Assembly: GCA_946965045.2 (NCBI GenBank)
Contig: OX337235.1
Location: forward strand, 1,736,001 to 1,800,000
Direction of reading: 5' to 3'
Source of the DNA: Epithemia pelagica
Taxonomy: Eukaryota; Protista; Bacillariophyta
DNA length: 64,000 nt
The position numbers and the translations under genes are program-made. Positions 53,764 to 64,000 of the stretch are shown in pieces. Numbering within the stretch: the stretch's first letter is position 1; each line of letters begins with the position of its first letter. The notes below the pieces were generated by a model. It had not been told where the DNA came from and searched no databases. It worked only from the letters and a program-made list of their open reading frames with translations.

Positions 53764-54515
53764 GATTCTCACCGAAAACTAGGTGGCGAAACCTACAACT
53801 CATCGAATGATGCTAGTATTTTATGGCATCCGATGACATTTTCCTAAAAGTGAGAAAAGAATGTCGGCATGCTCGCGAAACTATAAATTTGGCCACGGCA
53901 TGCTCGCAGTGCACGCGTTATCGGCGACCGCTCGGATATTAACTATGGCCCAACACGTGCGCGCCCAAAACTATCAAGTGCGCGCCTCTACTATCCGAGT
54001 ACGCGCATCCACGATTCGACCTAACGGTCTATGTAATCAAAGCACGAATCACGATCACGCGAGACCATATCTCTGTTCCCACAAATCCAAGAATGCAAAC
54101 AGCAATGCGCCCAGGACAAGACTTATACCACGACAAAGCAAGAGCTGTTGCATCCCATACATGTTATCCATCACCCTATACATTCAATATACACCAATGC
54201 CGGTCTACTCCAACCAGTGAGGACCTATCACATCAGATCCATGGCCGTATACAAGAGCCAGGACTTCGGCACCATCAACCACCTTAGTTAGTAATCTTCT
54301 CACAATCATTAATATCATCATTTTAACACTCATCTTAAGACTAACCTCTTATCAGTGGACCGACTGCCCCCACCCACGGCGGACTTCGACTTGCAACTCT
54401 TCTCTGACCCGTGGAGGATTGTTGTATCGGTTGGTGATTCGATTGTCGGCTCAGCGAGCCTTTTACCTATCCTAACTATCTGTCTAACCCCTGTTGAATC
54501 GAGAGAAGTTTATCA
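53758..54515 (+). repeat. 3' LTR of copia B
   Basis: TGTTAGGATTC...GAAGTTTATCA, preceded by the PPT and followed by AACGC. Confidence 0.95.
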
Positions 54516-54520
54516 AACGC

Positions 54521-54706
54521 ACGCGACAATCCTACAAACAGTTTTCGTCCAAAAAGTTCAAGGAGCATATCTACCAGGAGCAGCGCCGCAAAAAGTTTGT
54601 TGCTGAGTTGGAACTCAAACGAGTCAACGAAAAGAAGAAGAAAGAGCAGCTACGAGGAATCAATGAGGTCCCAGTGCCGGAGGATCAGGAAAACCAGCAG
54701 AACTAG
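54521..54706 (+). pseudogene. 3' part of the accessory gene disrupted by copia B
   Basis: TRQSYKQFSSKKFKEHIYQEQRRKKF...QQN-stop, in frame with 39375-39770 after removing the element and one TSD copy. Confidence 0.8.
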
Positions 54707-54759
54707 TAACTACTTTCTATAGTCCTTCATTCACCCTTTAAGACTCTCATTTTTGTCGT

Positions 54760-54965
54760 TTTCACATCGTCTTCACATTTCACATCGTCTTCACATCTTC
54801 TTCACATCTTCTTCACATCTTCTTCACATCTTCTTCACATCGTTGATGTGAATTTTCACATATTCATGTGAATTTTCACATGAAGTGTGAATATTCCTAT
54901 CGCCACTGTTTTCTTCACATCACAGATGCGAAATTTCACATCGTCGATGTGAAATTTCACATGAA
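54760..54965. repeat. Right subterminal TTCACAT array of the PHIS element
   Basis: (CTTCTTCACAT)n run plus short ATGTGAA-NN-TTCACAT palindromes. Confidence 0.85.
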
Positions 54966-55940
54966 GTTTCCCTTAAGTAAAATCACACGCCGTCCGGTTA
55001 GGTTACTTAGATACGAGAGAAGGCATGCGTGATAACACATAGAATACTTAGATGAGGAAGTACAGTACTACCAATTTTCTAAAATGTCAACCTACAGTCC
55101 TCTGTGAAGATTTTCCGGGTGTCCCAGTGCATAGCACACGAAGGGCTGATGCACACCGATCACAATTAGCTACGTAGATAAAGAATAACATTGCCCTAAA
55201 TCAATGAACATGGATCACACTCAATCGTAATCTTGATAGCGCTTCTATTATCTTATTCTAGCTAGCTTAGCAGTTTGATTCCACATCACTGATTTGGGAT
55301 TTTGGTTTGCCATTTGCCATCCAATTCTCGACCCAGAACGCAAAACGCAATTTCGCGGTGTTCCAATCAGACGGAGACCTTGCTTGCAGCCAGTAGGCTG
55401 TAGTCTGTATCTCCCTTGCATTTTTGAATGCGCTTTTGTCGATAGCATGAGCTAAAACATCATTATACTGTTGAAACCTGAAACGTACCAGTAGAGCGAT
55501 TGAGTGGCTGCCATCTCGCCATGGGAATAAATTGTTGTCTTGGTGAACCATCAAGTACCAGCTGATCGACTGAGAGTGTGAGCGGCAAGAGTTGATAACT
55601 CGAAGGTGGAAGCTCGACGAGAGAATACACATCCAAGCACACCACACTTGATCTGGAACTCAGGATTTCACGTTCCATAGTCCGGCTACGTTGCACTGGC
55701 AAGCTTTCTACTACGAATTGATGACTTGGGTGCCTATGTCATATCCTGACAGACAATCGCTGAGTACGAATCTGGTTTTGGCCAACACCGCCAGCCTAGT
55801 GGTAAGTTCGGAATCTATTTTGCTTTTGAGGCACCGTTGTAGATGATCATTGCCTCTGTTCTTAGCCACATCACATGTCCATGTAGGTGCCGCGTACATC
55901 ACGACTCAGCTGGGACACAGAGGTGGTGACTGCTGCTCGG

Positions 55941-58619
55941 ATGCCTCATGGTGCGCCCTTCTCCGTAATGCCCTCTGGCGCAACGGCCATGTCCACGGCT
56001 GTGGCAGAACAAACAGGCTTTCTCGCTCCGGCAAAATCTGGAGCACCTTATGATGATCGGCATATCCTTGGAGAGGATGAGGCTCTTCTGTGGCTACTCT
56101 CACGACGCAACCAGATTTATCGCGAACCCCCAGTAGCCAACTTGACAGGAACAAGTGATGTGAATAGCGCTCCACGTCGCATGTATTTGGCCCACATTCC
56201 AGGCCATTCTTTTTACGCAGCCCATCAGGGTCATCTTGCAGGCGTATCGGCTCCAGCAGTACCGAATAGTACTACTCTCTCCTCGTTGATGGGAAACACG
56301 GGACTGACAAATGATTATCTTATCCAGGAGGCCCAAGCGGTAAGATGATCGAATGATCGCACACAACTGATGTTGCCATAATCTAAATATCAATATTCAA
56401 CGTTTTGCTGACAGGAACTTCAACGGATGAATCAGAACACCTTGCTACTTGAGGAAGCAAGAGCTCGACAAGGGTTGAGAACTCTCGCTTACATTCATCC
56501 TGAGACAGGACTTCTGCTTCCTGCCACACGCTTGACGACTGGAGTGGGAGGAAGCACCATTGGTACACTCCAGGCACGTCAAATTCCGTGGAATTCTGTT
56601 GCTGGACTTAACCCTCGAGAAGTGGCCTCTTCTCGGTTTGAAGTTCTTGCTCCAGCAATGCATGCCAGAAGAGGAGATGTCTCGGGTGAATCTGTGTCAA
56701 CCACCACCCTCCCAATGAGAACTGGCACTCGACCTTCAAGGCATGATGAGTCGGCGTCCTTGCACCGCTCTTTCCTTGCACACAGTCACGTAAACCCCAA
56801 TCATGAACCTGTGGAGCAGGATAAAGTGGCGGGAGAGGAGGCACAAGCAACTCAACCGGTCAGAAAGAAAATGAAGAAATCTCATTCTAGGAAAGAAACG
56901 ATCAAGGACCGTGTGCCTGGAAAGATTTCCGGTACTTTAGAAATGAGACCAGAGCAAGTTCACTCGTCGTCCCCACCTTCACGCCTATGCTGTGCGGCAC
57001 CGGCGGTGGTACGTCCTGTCCAAACCACGGCGTCACTGCTGGACCATACAAGTGTAGGTACCACGGCGGCTGCCGTGTCTCGGGAGTATTCTACCGAGTT
57101 GGCAGGTAATTTAGGGCCCCGTTCCATGTTCCCTGCAGATGAAAACACAGAAGAACGTGACAATGCTCATTTGGAAAAGGATGAACCAGGGCTTTTCAAG
57201 AAGCGCCCTATGTTTGATTCTCTGAGCATTCAGTGCGGTACATCCTCACAACACGAACATCGCTCTACAACAAATGGCGCGGATTCCTCCAAAGAGTCTC
57301 ATATCGCTCAGAAAAGAGATACAAGTGAAGATTCGACATTTTCGGCTGGCTGCGAAGTTGTTGATTGCGTAGAAAAGAAGACTGGAGGGAAGAAGAAAAG
57401 CAGTTGTCATGATCAGACAGGTGAAACCAAGAATGGGCGAAAAAATCAAGGATCTGGTAATTTGAAAGAAGAGGAGTTGGGTATGCGAATGTCGAACAAG
57501 GTCAAATCTGATACCATGGGGCATGAAGACATGGAAGGATCTAAGCAGACCGCAAATGGTGGCGTGAGAAAAACCATTGCAAATCAAATATACTGGATGT
57601 TTGACAAGAACAGATGGGACTCGTATACCCTAGCAACTCGAGTTCTGGATTTGTGTCGAATTTTTCATTGGAGCGAAGTGGAGGTTGCTCTTTTTGATTG
57701 CTACCAAAGATGTCGTGCACGAGATCCTACTGATTTGAAACATGTTTTGAACAGAGCGAAAGCTCTCGAGATTATTCAAAGAAATGCGCCAACTGAAACA
57801 ATTGCTACGTATTGCGAGGAACTTGTTGGAGATTTTGTCAAGGCCTTGGAGCGCTTACTGTACTCTGAAAGCAAGTTGGAGAGTGGTGGTCTGCTACAGA
57901 GGCCCTTCCATACTTTCGAAGACATTGGAGTTGCTGTTCGAATGTTGCTTAGGCTTGGTACAAAAGATGACTTTCAACGAATCGAGGCTTGGGCCAGCAA
58001 GGCGACGCTACAACATCTTTCCACCTTGCGCAAGGTCTTTCATGCCGAAAGTCCAGCCGTTGTATCATCCAATAGCAGGGACAGTTCTTCGAGGGACCAC
58101 TGTGCCAAGACTGTGGAGAGCCGTTACAAAGCACTCAAGATTGACGACCTGAAGAAGCAACGTGAAGAACTGATAGGATCAACTCAGTGTGGCCAACAAA
58201 ACTTTGACTGGTGCATGCCAATGGCCGCAACGGAAAGCACAGCACTCAATGGATTTTTACATAGCAGTAGGAAAGGTCCCGAAACGATCGTTGTTGGGGG
58301 CGGCGAAGACTTTTCACAAAGTCTGTGTGCAAAATACAGGTTCCTCATTGATAACAGTGAAGAAACATTACGATTGGGTTTTAGCGCAATAATCCAGCAT
58401 AACCGTGCAACCGGAGACCAGGCGGCTGTCACAGTAACAAAGACAAAAGATTTGCATTTGGCACAGGTTGAGCAGTACCAGCGTCGCATGGCTATGCTTC
58501 GAAACGTATGTGTTGAACTTAGGCGCCTTGGAGCTCACGTGGAACTTATGGGAGCAAAGCCCTTGGCTGATGCACAAAGGGAACGGGAAAAGGAAGCTGC
58601 CTCGGAAAACACCAACTGA
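55941..58619 (+). CDS. Hypothetical protein, about 867 aa, two exons (55941-56339 and 56415-58619)
   Basis: A 75-bp GTAAGA...GACAG phase-0 intron joins the 153-aa and 730-aa ORFs in frame; the start codon is uncertain. Confidence 0.65.
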
Positions 58620-58930
58620 TAATCCATCATACCTCTTGGCCAGCTCACAAGTGCTTCACTGTTCATCTTTCAATACTCGCATTAACAATATCATCTCATT
58701 AACACTTACATGGAAACCACCGATGTGATCCCACAAGTGGTCGTGAAACAACATACCAGTGTATAGGAGTAGACACCGATCTACCTTCTAGGACTATGTC
58801 CTCTGCTGTTTTACTCCTCTAGTTGTAGAGAGGATTAGTAGAATTTATTGCGAAATAATCCTAGTTGAATCCTGTAACGGAAACACTAGAAAAAATAATA
58901 TCATGTCCTTTCTCATCCTATTGTATTTTC

Positions 58931-59020
58931 GTACTCGTACTTGTTTGAGTACGAGTACAAATAATACGACTACGAGGAACGAGTACGTACTCGTAGCAAG
59001 GATACGTATCCGTACGAGTA
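58931..59020. repeat. Cluster of GTAC/TACGAG-based palindromes
   Basis: 11-bp stem 58931-58941/58948-58958; 16-bp palindrome ACGAGTACGTACTCGT (58979-58994); 12-bp palindrome GGATACGTATCC (59000-59011). Confidence 0.8.
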
Positions 59021-60144
59021 TTCCGTATTGCCAATTCCTATGAGTACTCTATTATTTAAAATGACTGATATGTATATTGGATATGATATTCTGTTGGGAT
59101 TTTCATGGGAAATATTTTGTGTTGGTACTAGTAGGAACAAGGAGTAGGAGTACTTGTATACCCTCCGACTAGGTGTCCGCTTCTTAGCCGTCCGGCCGCT
59201 CTCCGCGACCAATCATTTTTATTTTCGTTTTTTTCGTTTATGAAGAAAATTTCTGGTCAAAATGAAAATGATCACGCCGGCCTTCTGGATCATCCTTTCG
59301 AATTCTTGTGAGAAGCCGTGCGCGCTTTGACCGTTGGTCTTCCCTGTTCCCTTTCATTCCAAAACTCCTCACAAATTTTGTCACTTCGTCTTTTCTCTTT
59401 TAGGTGTTTGTCATGGACATGCACCATGAACATGCATTCTGCATCATTTGCGTATCACTGACATTCGACATGCAAAGACCATAGATAGTGTTTGGCTGTG
59501 CCCCCTTCCCTCCTTTTTCTAGTGTTCTTTGTTCTCGTGTAGTTCTCGGTTTAAAAGCACACCTTCATCCACATCCGCACACCTTGTTTGTCTATGCCGT
59601 AGGCTTGTCTCTTTGCAAGCAAATGAGCTTGACCTACTACCACCTCTTTTAGAATGAATCTCTTCCTGCTTGTGTCATGGAGTATGCAGAGTCCCACATG
59701 CTGCTGAGAAACACATGAGATACTCCTGGCAAAAAAAACGACCAAGAGGCGCAAGTCGACAACACAAGACAATAAAGACTCAAACTGAGCAACAGGTGAG
59801 AAAGGAATGGTTCCACTAATCCTATCTTACTGAGGTTGAAAATTCTACTCCTACGAATGACATGTTAGAAGAATCCTACATTTGATTTTAGCTGCCGCCC
59901 ATTGAATGGACCAAAAATGGATGTTGAACGGCACAAACACTTGAAAGTGTGGCAAAGAAGTGAGAACGTAACCCAAACCATGGTCCATTACACTGCAGGG
60001 ATTAGGCCGTCCGGAACTTACCATGCGGACAAAGATGACATGCTCAGAGCTCAGTAACGAAGCATGAGGCCGTTTTGGGGTTTGGTTTGGTCTCATTTTG
60101 TTGCGGCATTTTAATTTTATGGTTCTATGTAGTGGTTTGTGGTG

Positions 60145-63100
60145 CTAAGCGGCCGAACCGCATAGTAAGTGGGGCGTTTCTTCTCGGGGGAAGAATGTGG
60201 CTATTGGGAATGGAGTGTACAGGGGCGGTTGTGGGGCGAAACCTTGTTGTGTTAACCTTGCCCGCTGGGTTTTCTGGTATCTGCTTTCATATTCTTGGTT
60301 GCGTAGCGCCGAAATTTGTTTGTTTAGATGTTTGGCCAAGGACGTTACTAGGGCGTGTCCGAGTGACGCCTTTGCGTAATGTCCTATCGAGTGGATGTGT
60401 GCTTCGTCGTATCGAAATCTTGGTGATCGTTTGGTGGCTTTGTTGGCGATGTTGTTTGGAGCGTATTCGATTTCCTGGTAGAGGTCAAAAGCGGCGGTGT
60501 GTTGTTTGCTTCTTGAGGGTGACCGTCCGAAGTGTGCATCTGGCCAGTGTGGTGGGATGGCCGAGGAGAATTCGTGTGGCAAGTCGTCCTGGTGGAAGAG
60601 AAGGCGCTGGGCAAAGGATCCTAGGGATCCGAGATGATCAACGGTAAACGGGATCAAATATACTCCGTTTGCAAGAAGGTGTTTTGCTGTGTTGTCGTCA
60701 TGGCAGAATTTCGAACGGGCTGCTTCCTGGTGCGGTCTGGAGGCTGCAAGGCCAAGGGCACTGTTGTCGACCGGGACGGGAAGGGGTGTTCGAGCATGAG
60801 GGGGCGGGATGGTGACATCGATGGCCACATAGTTGAAGGGTTCGTTCTTCTGTGGTTGTTTCAACAACAATCCAACGTCGGCTGGTCTCACATTTCTTGT
60901 GTGTTGTGGGGCCAAACCGGGAGGTTCAATGTGGACGTCCTTGCAGTCCTCTACGTAGCCGGCCGCGGGTGCCAGGCGGGAGAGGAGGTCGTAGACGGTG
61001 TCCCTTACTGCATTGGAGAGGGCCGTCTTCGGAGCCATGCTGCACGAAAAAAGATGATCGCCCTGTGGGTCTAGGGTGGGACAGGAGGGGCATCGGCATT
61101 TCCCTCGGAGGTGGTCTGGGAGGACTGGAAGGCGGAGCTTGCGTCTCAGGGCGGTGAGAAACAGGTCGTTGGGGATTCGGAAGTGTTCGGCCGTGCGTGG
61201 GAGGTGAAGGGCTAGGCTTGTGAGTGGTGACAGGGCTGAAGGGAGACTGGGGAGCAGTTCTGGTGGTGTGGCAGAGAGGAGGGATGGGACGAGGTGTTCC
61301 ACCAGAGTGTGGTGGGCCAGTTGGTGGTGGGTGTTCTTGTCGTACAGGTCGGTGTTCGTTAGTGGGGCCGGAGCAAGCTCGTGGGTGTAGAGTGCAAGGG
61401 AGCGACGGAAAGCCTGGAACCACGGGAGTTCACTGTGTTGCCAGTCGGTGAAAGCAGCCTTGTGTGTGAGAGGCACTGGCCAGTCCTTGGAGGAGGCCAG
61501 TTTGATGGATCTCACTGTTTGTGTCAATAGACGTGGTCGAGCGCTGGCTGCCGGGCTGTGGTAACCCAGTCCTCCAAGGCGGTTTGGAAGGGCGGCCATG
61601 ATTGTGGTCATGGTTGTGATTTGGTGTGCTGGTGTGGACGTGATCTTGGCTAGGAATGCAGCAATCAAACCGTCCGCCTGGGTGGTGGTGGGACTGTCCC
61701 AAAGGGTGGTGGTTGCCTCGTTGGAAGGGTGTGCGAGGACCATGTCTGCGGGCAGCAAATGCAGGATCGACGGTACGAGCGAGTACCGGAAAAGGTGACT
61801 TTGCGTTTGTAGGTCAGTGAGCTCAGTGAGCAGGTCTACGTTTTTTTGCATTTGGGTGAGTCTCTTTTGGATGTATTGGCGCGCAAAAGCTTGGGAGCCG
61901 ACCGGTTGGCCGAGGAACCTAGTTCCCGTGGTGATTTCCGCGGCCGTTGGGTTTCCAGGGTTGAGGTGTCGGAGGGCATCGTAGAGGTGTTGTTGCGCCT
62001 GTGTTGGTAGGTATCCGTCGGTTGTGGCGGTGATGGCGGTTGTTGTGGTGAGGATTTGTGTTTTTGCTTTGTTCAGTTGGACTCCGAGCGGTGCGCCGAG
62101 TTCTTCGAAACGGGCCAGAAACCACGGTAAGTCTTCGTGTGGCAGGCAAATGGATGTGTCGTCCATTATGGAAGCTGTGTGTGCTTGTCCGCCTTTGCCA
62201 TCGTCATGTGCGTCCCCTGCTTTCTTCCGGCGGAGAGCGCGTTGGAGTTGTTCTTTATTGATCTGTATGGTCACGGTGAGGAGGACCAGGCAGGAGAATA
62301 ATGGGCTCAGTGGGCATCCTTGTGGGAAGCCTTCGTCTTGGAGGAGTTTGTCGGCCTCTCCCTTGTCGTTGAAGAACCAAGAGGGTGTTTGTGTTTGCGT
62401 CAAGAGGTCGTACAGGGGAAGAAGGGGTGTCGTTTCTACGCGAGAGGCCAGTATTCGCCGTGCCTCTGTTCGTGACGTGTTGTTGAACATGTTGTGGAGG
62501 TCCAGGCACACCAAAGCTCTTGTTGGTGTTTGGGGTAGTTCAATGTATTTTGCTACTTCGTTGGTTGTTGTTTGCGCCACGAAGTCGATCCCTCCTGGGA
62601 TTTGGATCCCATACTGGCCGCCGCTGAGCAAGAGCGGCGTGATTTGGTCGGTGATGTGTGTGAGGGCGATTTTGGCGGCGACGCGCCGCAAACCGGTGCC
62701 GATGCCGATGGGTCTTAGGCGATGGAGTTTGTTTGGGTCCTTGTGGAGGGCAAGGAAGTAGTTGCTCCCCAGGAGTTGGTGGACGAGAGTCGGAACTTGG
62801 GCGGTGAGGATGAGCTGGAACAGGGCTTGGAGGTTGTGTCGGTATGGCCGTGTTGCCGTGGCAGCTCTGGTGGTGCGGTGTAGCGCCATTTCGACAATGG
62901 CGTCCGTGCAGGTGGCGAAGGGGCCCGATGCCGTGCCTCGTTTCATTTGTCGCATGGCAAGGTCAAACAGGTCTGGGTCGATGTGGATGCAGTTTTCTTC
63001 TGGTGGTGGTCGGTCTGGCTGGTTGCCGCGGTTCCTTGTTGTTGTTGGCGGTGGTTCCCGTCTCGCTGGGAACAGATCTTGTTTTATGGCGGCAATGCGT

Positions 63101-63999
63101 TCGGGCGTGAGTGTGGCGGTGGGCATGTGGGAGGTGAGCCGGGAGTAGGCGGTGGAGTAGTTGCCGAGGTCCGCGGCTCGTTGCGCGGCTGCCAGGCGGC
63201 TGAGATGTATGGGTCCGCCTTGGAGGTGTTGTCTAGTGTGTTGTTGTCGTTGTTTTTTCTTGTTGTTGCCGTTTGTTGTTCGCTTGCTGGTGGAGGTTGC
63301 TGGCGGTGGTTGTGACCATACCAAATGGTGCAGTTCTTCGATGCGTCCGGCCTTTAGCAGGGCGTTTCTTGCTCGGAAGGCTTCGGCGTGGGTGGTGTGT
63401 CCTGTTGTTTCCGGTGGCGCCAAGAGCATGGGTTCAAGAAGGAGGAGGAGTTTCCAGAAGGGACTTGCTTCCACGAGGGCTGCCGGTGGTTTCGTTTCTC
63501 GGATGATGGAGTCTTGGAGTTTCGGTGTGGCCTTGAGGATCCATTGCACGGTGTTGTTGTAGGTGACGTAAAAGGCTTTCTTGGTTGGATGTTTGAGGTT
63601 GTGCCATACGCTGCGTCGAAACGGGGGCGGTGTTGGGTCAAGTTGGTGAAGGAAGGCGAGGCCCGTCTTCCACTGCGTTGCTATGTGAGGATCATCGTGT
63701 CGGTATGTGTGGAGGACAAGGTCCAAGTTGTTCTCTTTTCTAGTATGTTTATTTTCGTGGTGGTTGTGTAAGTGGCCCTCGGTGGTGAAAATGGCGGTTG
63801 GTTTGTTGCAGGTGTGGCAGACATGGAGGCCGTGTTGTTGACAGAAGGAGTGGGAGAGATATGTGGACGGTCGTGTTTCTCCGTGTGCTTCGATGAGGTG
63901 TTGTTTTAGTTGGAGGGTTTGTGTGTGTTTGTTTTGGTTGCGTGACTGGTGTGTTGGTGGGTCGGGCCGCCATGGACAATGGGGGACAGGGCATGCCCG
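60145..63999 (-). CDS. Non-LTR retrotransposon ORF of the RLE type (CRE-like): C2H2 fingers, RT, Cys/His motif and restriction-like endonuclease; continues beyond the window
   Basis: The frame is open from 63999 (CPVPHC...HLIEAH; CHTC...HHENKH). RT motifs RLRPIGIG, LDLHNMFN, GFPQGCPLSP, SIMDD, RFLGQP; then CRCPSC...GDHLFSC and RPADV...IDVT. Confidence 0.85.
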   Translation of the reverse strand, partial: RACPVPHCPWRPDPPTHQSRNQNKHTQTLQLKQHLIEAHGETRPSTYLSHSFCQQHGLHVCHTCNKPTAIFTTEGHLHNHHENKHTRKENNLDLVLHTYRHDDPHIATQWKTGLAFLHQLDPTPPPFRRSVWHNLKHPTKKAFYVTYNNTVQWILKATPKLQDSIIRETKPPAALVEASPFWKLLLLLEPMLLAPPETTGHTTHAEAFRARNALLKAGRIEELHHLVWSQPPPATSTSKRTTNGNNKKKQRQQHTRQHLQGGPIHLSRLAAAQRAADLGNYSTAYSRLTSHMPTATLTPERIAAIKQDLFPARREPPPTTTRNRGNQPDRPPPEENCIHIDPDLFDLAMRQMKRGTASGPFATCTDAIVEMALHRTTRAATATRPYRHNLQALFQLILTAQVPTLVHQLLGSNYFLALHKDPNKLHRLRPIGIGTGLRRVAAKIALTHITDQITPLLLSGGQYGIQIPGGIDFVAQTTTNEVAKYIELPQTPTRALVCLDLHNMFNNTSRTEARRILASRVETTPLLPLYDLLTQTQTPSWFFNDKGEADKLLQDEGFPQGCPLSPLFSCLVLLTVTIQINKEQLQRALRRKKAGDAHDDGKGGQAHTASIMDDTSICLPHEDLPWFLARFEELGAPLGVQLNKAKTQILTTTTAITATTDGYLPTQAQQHLYDALRHLNPGNPTAAEITTGTRFLGQPVGSQAFARQYIQKRLTQMQKNVDLLTELTDLQTQSHLFRYSLVPSILHLLPADMVLAHPSNEATTTLWDSPTTTQADGLIAAFLAKITSTPAHQITTMTTIMAALPNRLGGLGYHSPAASARPRLLTQTVRSIKLASSKDWPVPLTHKAAFTDWQHSELPWFQAFRRSLALYTHELAPAPLTNTDLYDKNTHHQLAHHTLVEHLVPSLLSATPPELLPSLPSALSPLTSLALHLPRTAEHFRIPNDLFLTALRRKLRLPVLPDHLRGKCRCPSCPTLDPQGDHLFSCSMAPKTALSNAVRDTVYDLLSRLAPAAGYVEDCKDVHIEPPGLAPQHTRNVRPADVGLLLKQPQKNEPFNYVAIDVTIPPPHARTPLPVPVDNSALGLAASRPHQEAARSKFCHDDNTAKHLLANGVYLIPFTVDHLGSLGSFAQRLLFHQDDLPHEFSSAIPPHWPDAHFGRSPSRSKQHTAAFDLYQEIEYAPNNIANKATKRSPRFRYDEAHIHSIGHYAKASLGHALVTSLAKHLNKQISALRNQEYESRYQKTQRARLTQQGFAPQPPLYTPFPIATFFPREETPHLLCGSAA

Positions 64000-64000
64000 G

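Larger units (their letters stand above)
39771..54515 (+). mobile_element. Ty1/copia LTR retrotransposon (CoDi-like) copy B, with an interrupted 5' LTR
   Basis: AACGC TSD (39766-39770, 54516-54520). 3' LTR 53758-54515 (758 bp); 5' LTR split into 39771-40332 and 46777-46973; intact gag-pol. Confidence 0.95.
26333..55124. mobile_element. Multi-gene PIF/Harbinger-group (PHIS) DNA transposon with CWG-type TSD; about 5.65 kb once the nested insertions are removed
   Basis: Perfect 22-bp TIRs GGACACCCGGAAAATCTTCACA (26333-26354 and 55103-55124). CAG duplicated at 26330-26332 and 55125-55127. Diverged inverted subterminal similarity (TACTTAAGG, TTCACAT arrays). Internal DDE_Tnp_4-type transposase. 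Confidence 0.85.

Noticed and set aside
26464-54976. TTAA-flanked Kolobok/piggyBac-type element (TTAA|GG...CC|TTAA)
   Set aside because: These sites lie about 130-150 bp inside the perfect 22-bp TIRs with CAG duplication and are better explained as subterminal inverted similarity; no such transposase is present.
55267-55647. 126-aa minus-strand ORF just outside the PHIS element
   Set aside because: Non-ATG start and no recognisable motif; it may be a gene remnant but cannot be supported.
59800-60144. snRNA, spliced-leader or rRNA target for the CRE-like element
   Set aside because: ACTTACCAT only superficially resembles the U1 5' end; no structured RNA gene was recognised.
60384-63771. Many overlapping ORFs on both strands in the non-LTR region
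   Set aside because: Shadow frames of the long RT ORF, caused by strong compositional skew.

Overview
Eukaryotic genomic DNA, most likely from a pennate diatom (inferred from CoDi-type copia polyproteins, short GT-AG introns and diatom-like protein families). The window has three zones. (1) 1-6.7 kb is repeat- and fragment-rich: an ORF running off the left edge, a Tourist-like MITE, and low-complexity or degenerate ORFs. (2) 7.4-25.2 kb is a host gene block: a large EF-hand membrane protein, an MBD protein, a P-loop NTPase with a nuclease-like C-terminus, an MFSD5-like transporter, DDX47/RRP3, MnmA/TRMU and a GT8-like glycosyltransferase. (3) 26.3-55.1 kb is one nested transposon cluster. A multi-gene PIF/Harbinger-group (PHIS) DNA transposon with CAG target duplication carries two near-intact Ty1/copia (CoDi-like) LTR elements. 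The 5' LTR of the second copia is split by a 6.4-kb TIR element encoding a spliced RAG1-core/Transib-like DDE transposase and a convergent partner gene. Both copias share a conserved extra upstream ORF, a primer-binding site matching the anticodon arm of tRNA-Asn, and an almost identical 293-bp leader. An RLE-type (CRE-like) non-LTR retrotransposon runs off the right edge. All alignments and motif calls were made by eye or from memory; no database searches were run.
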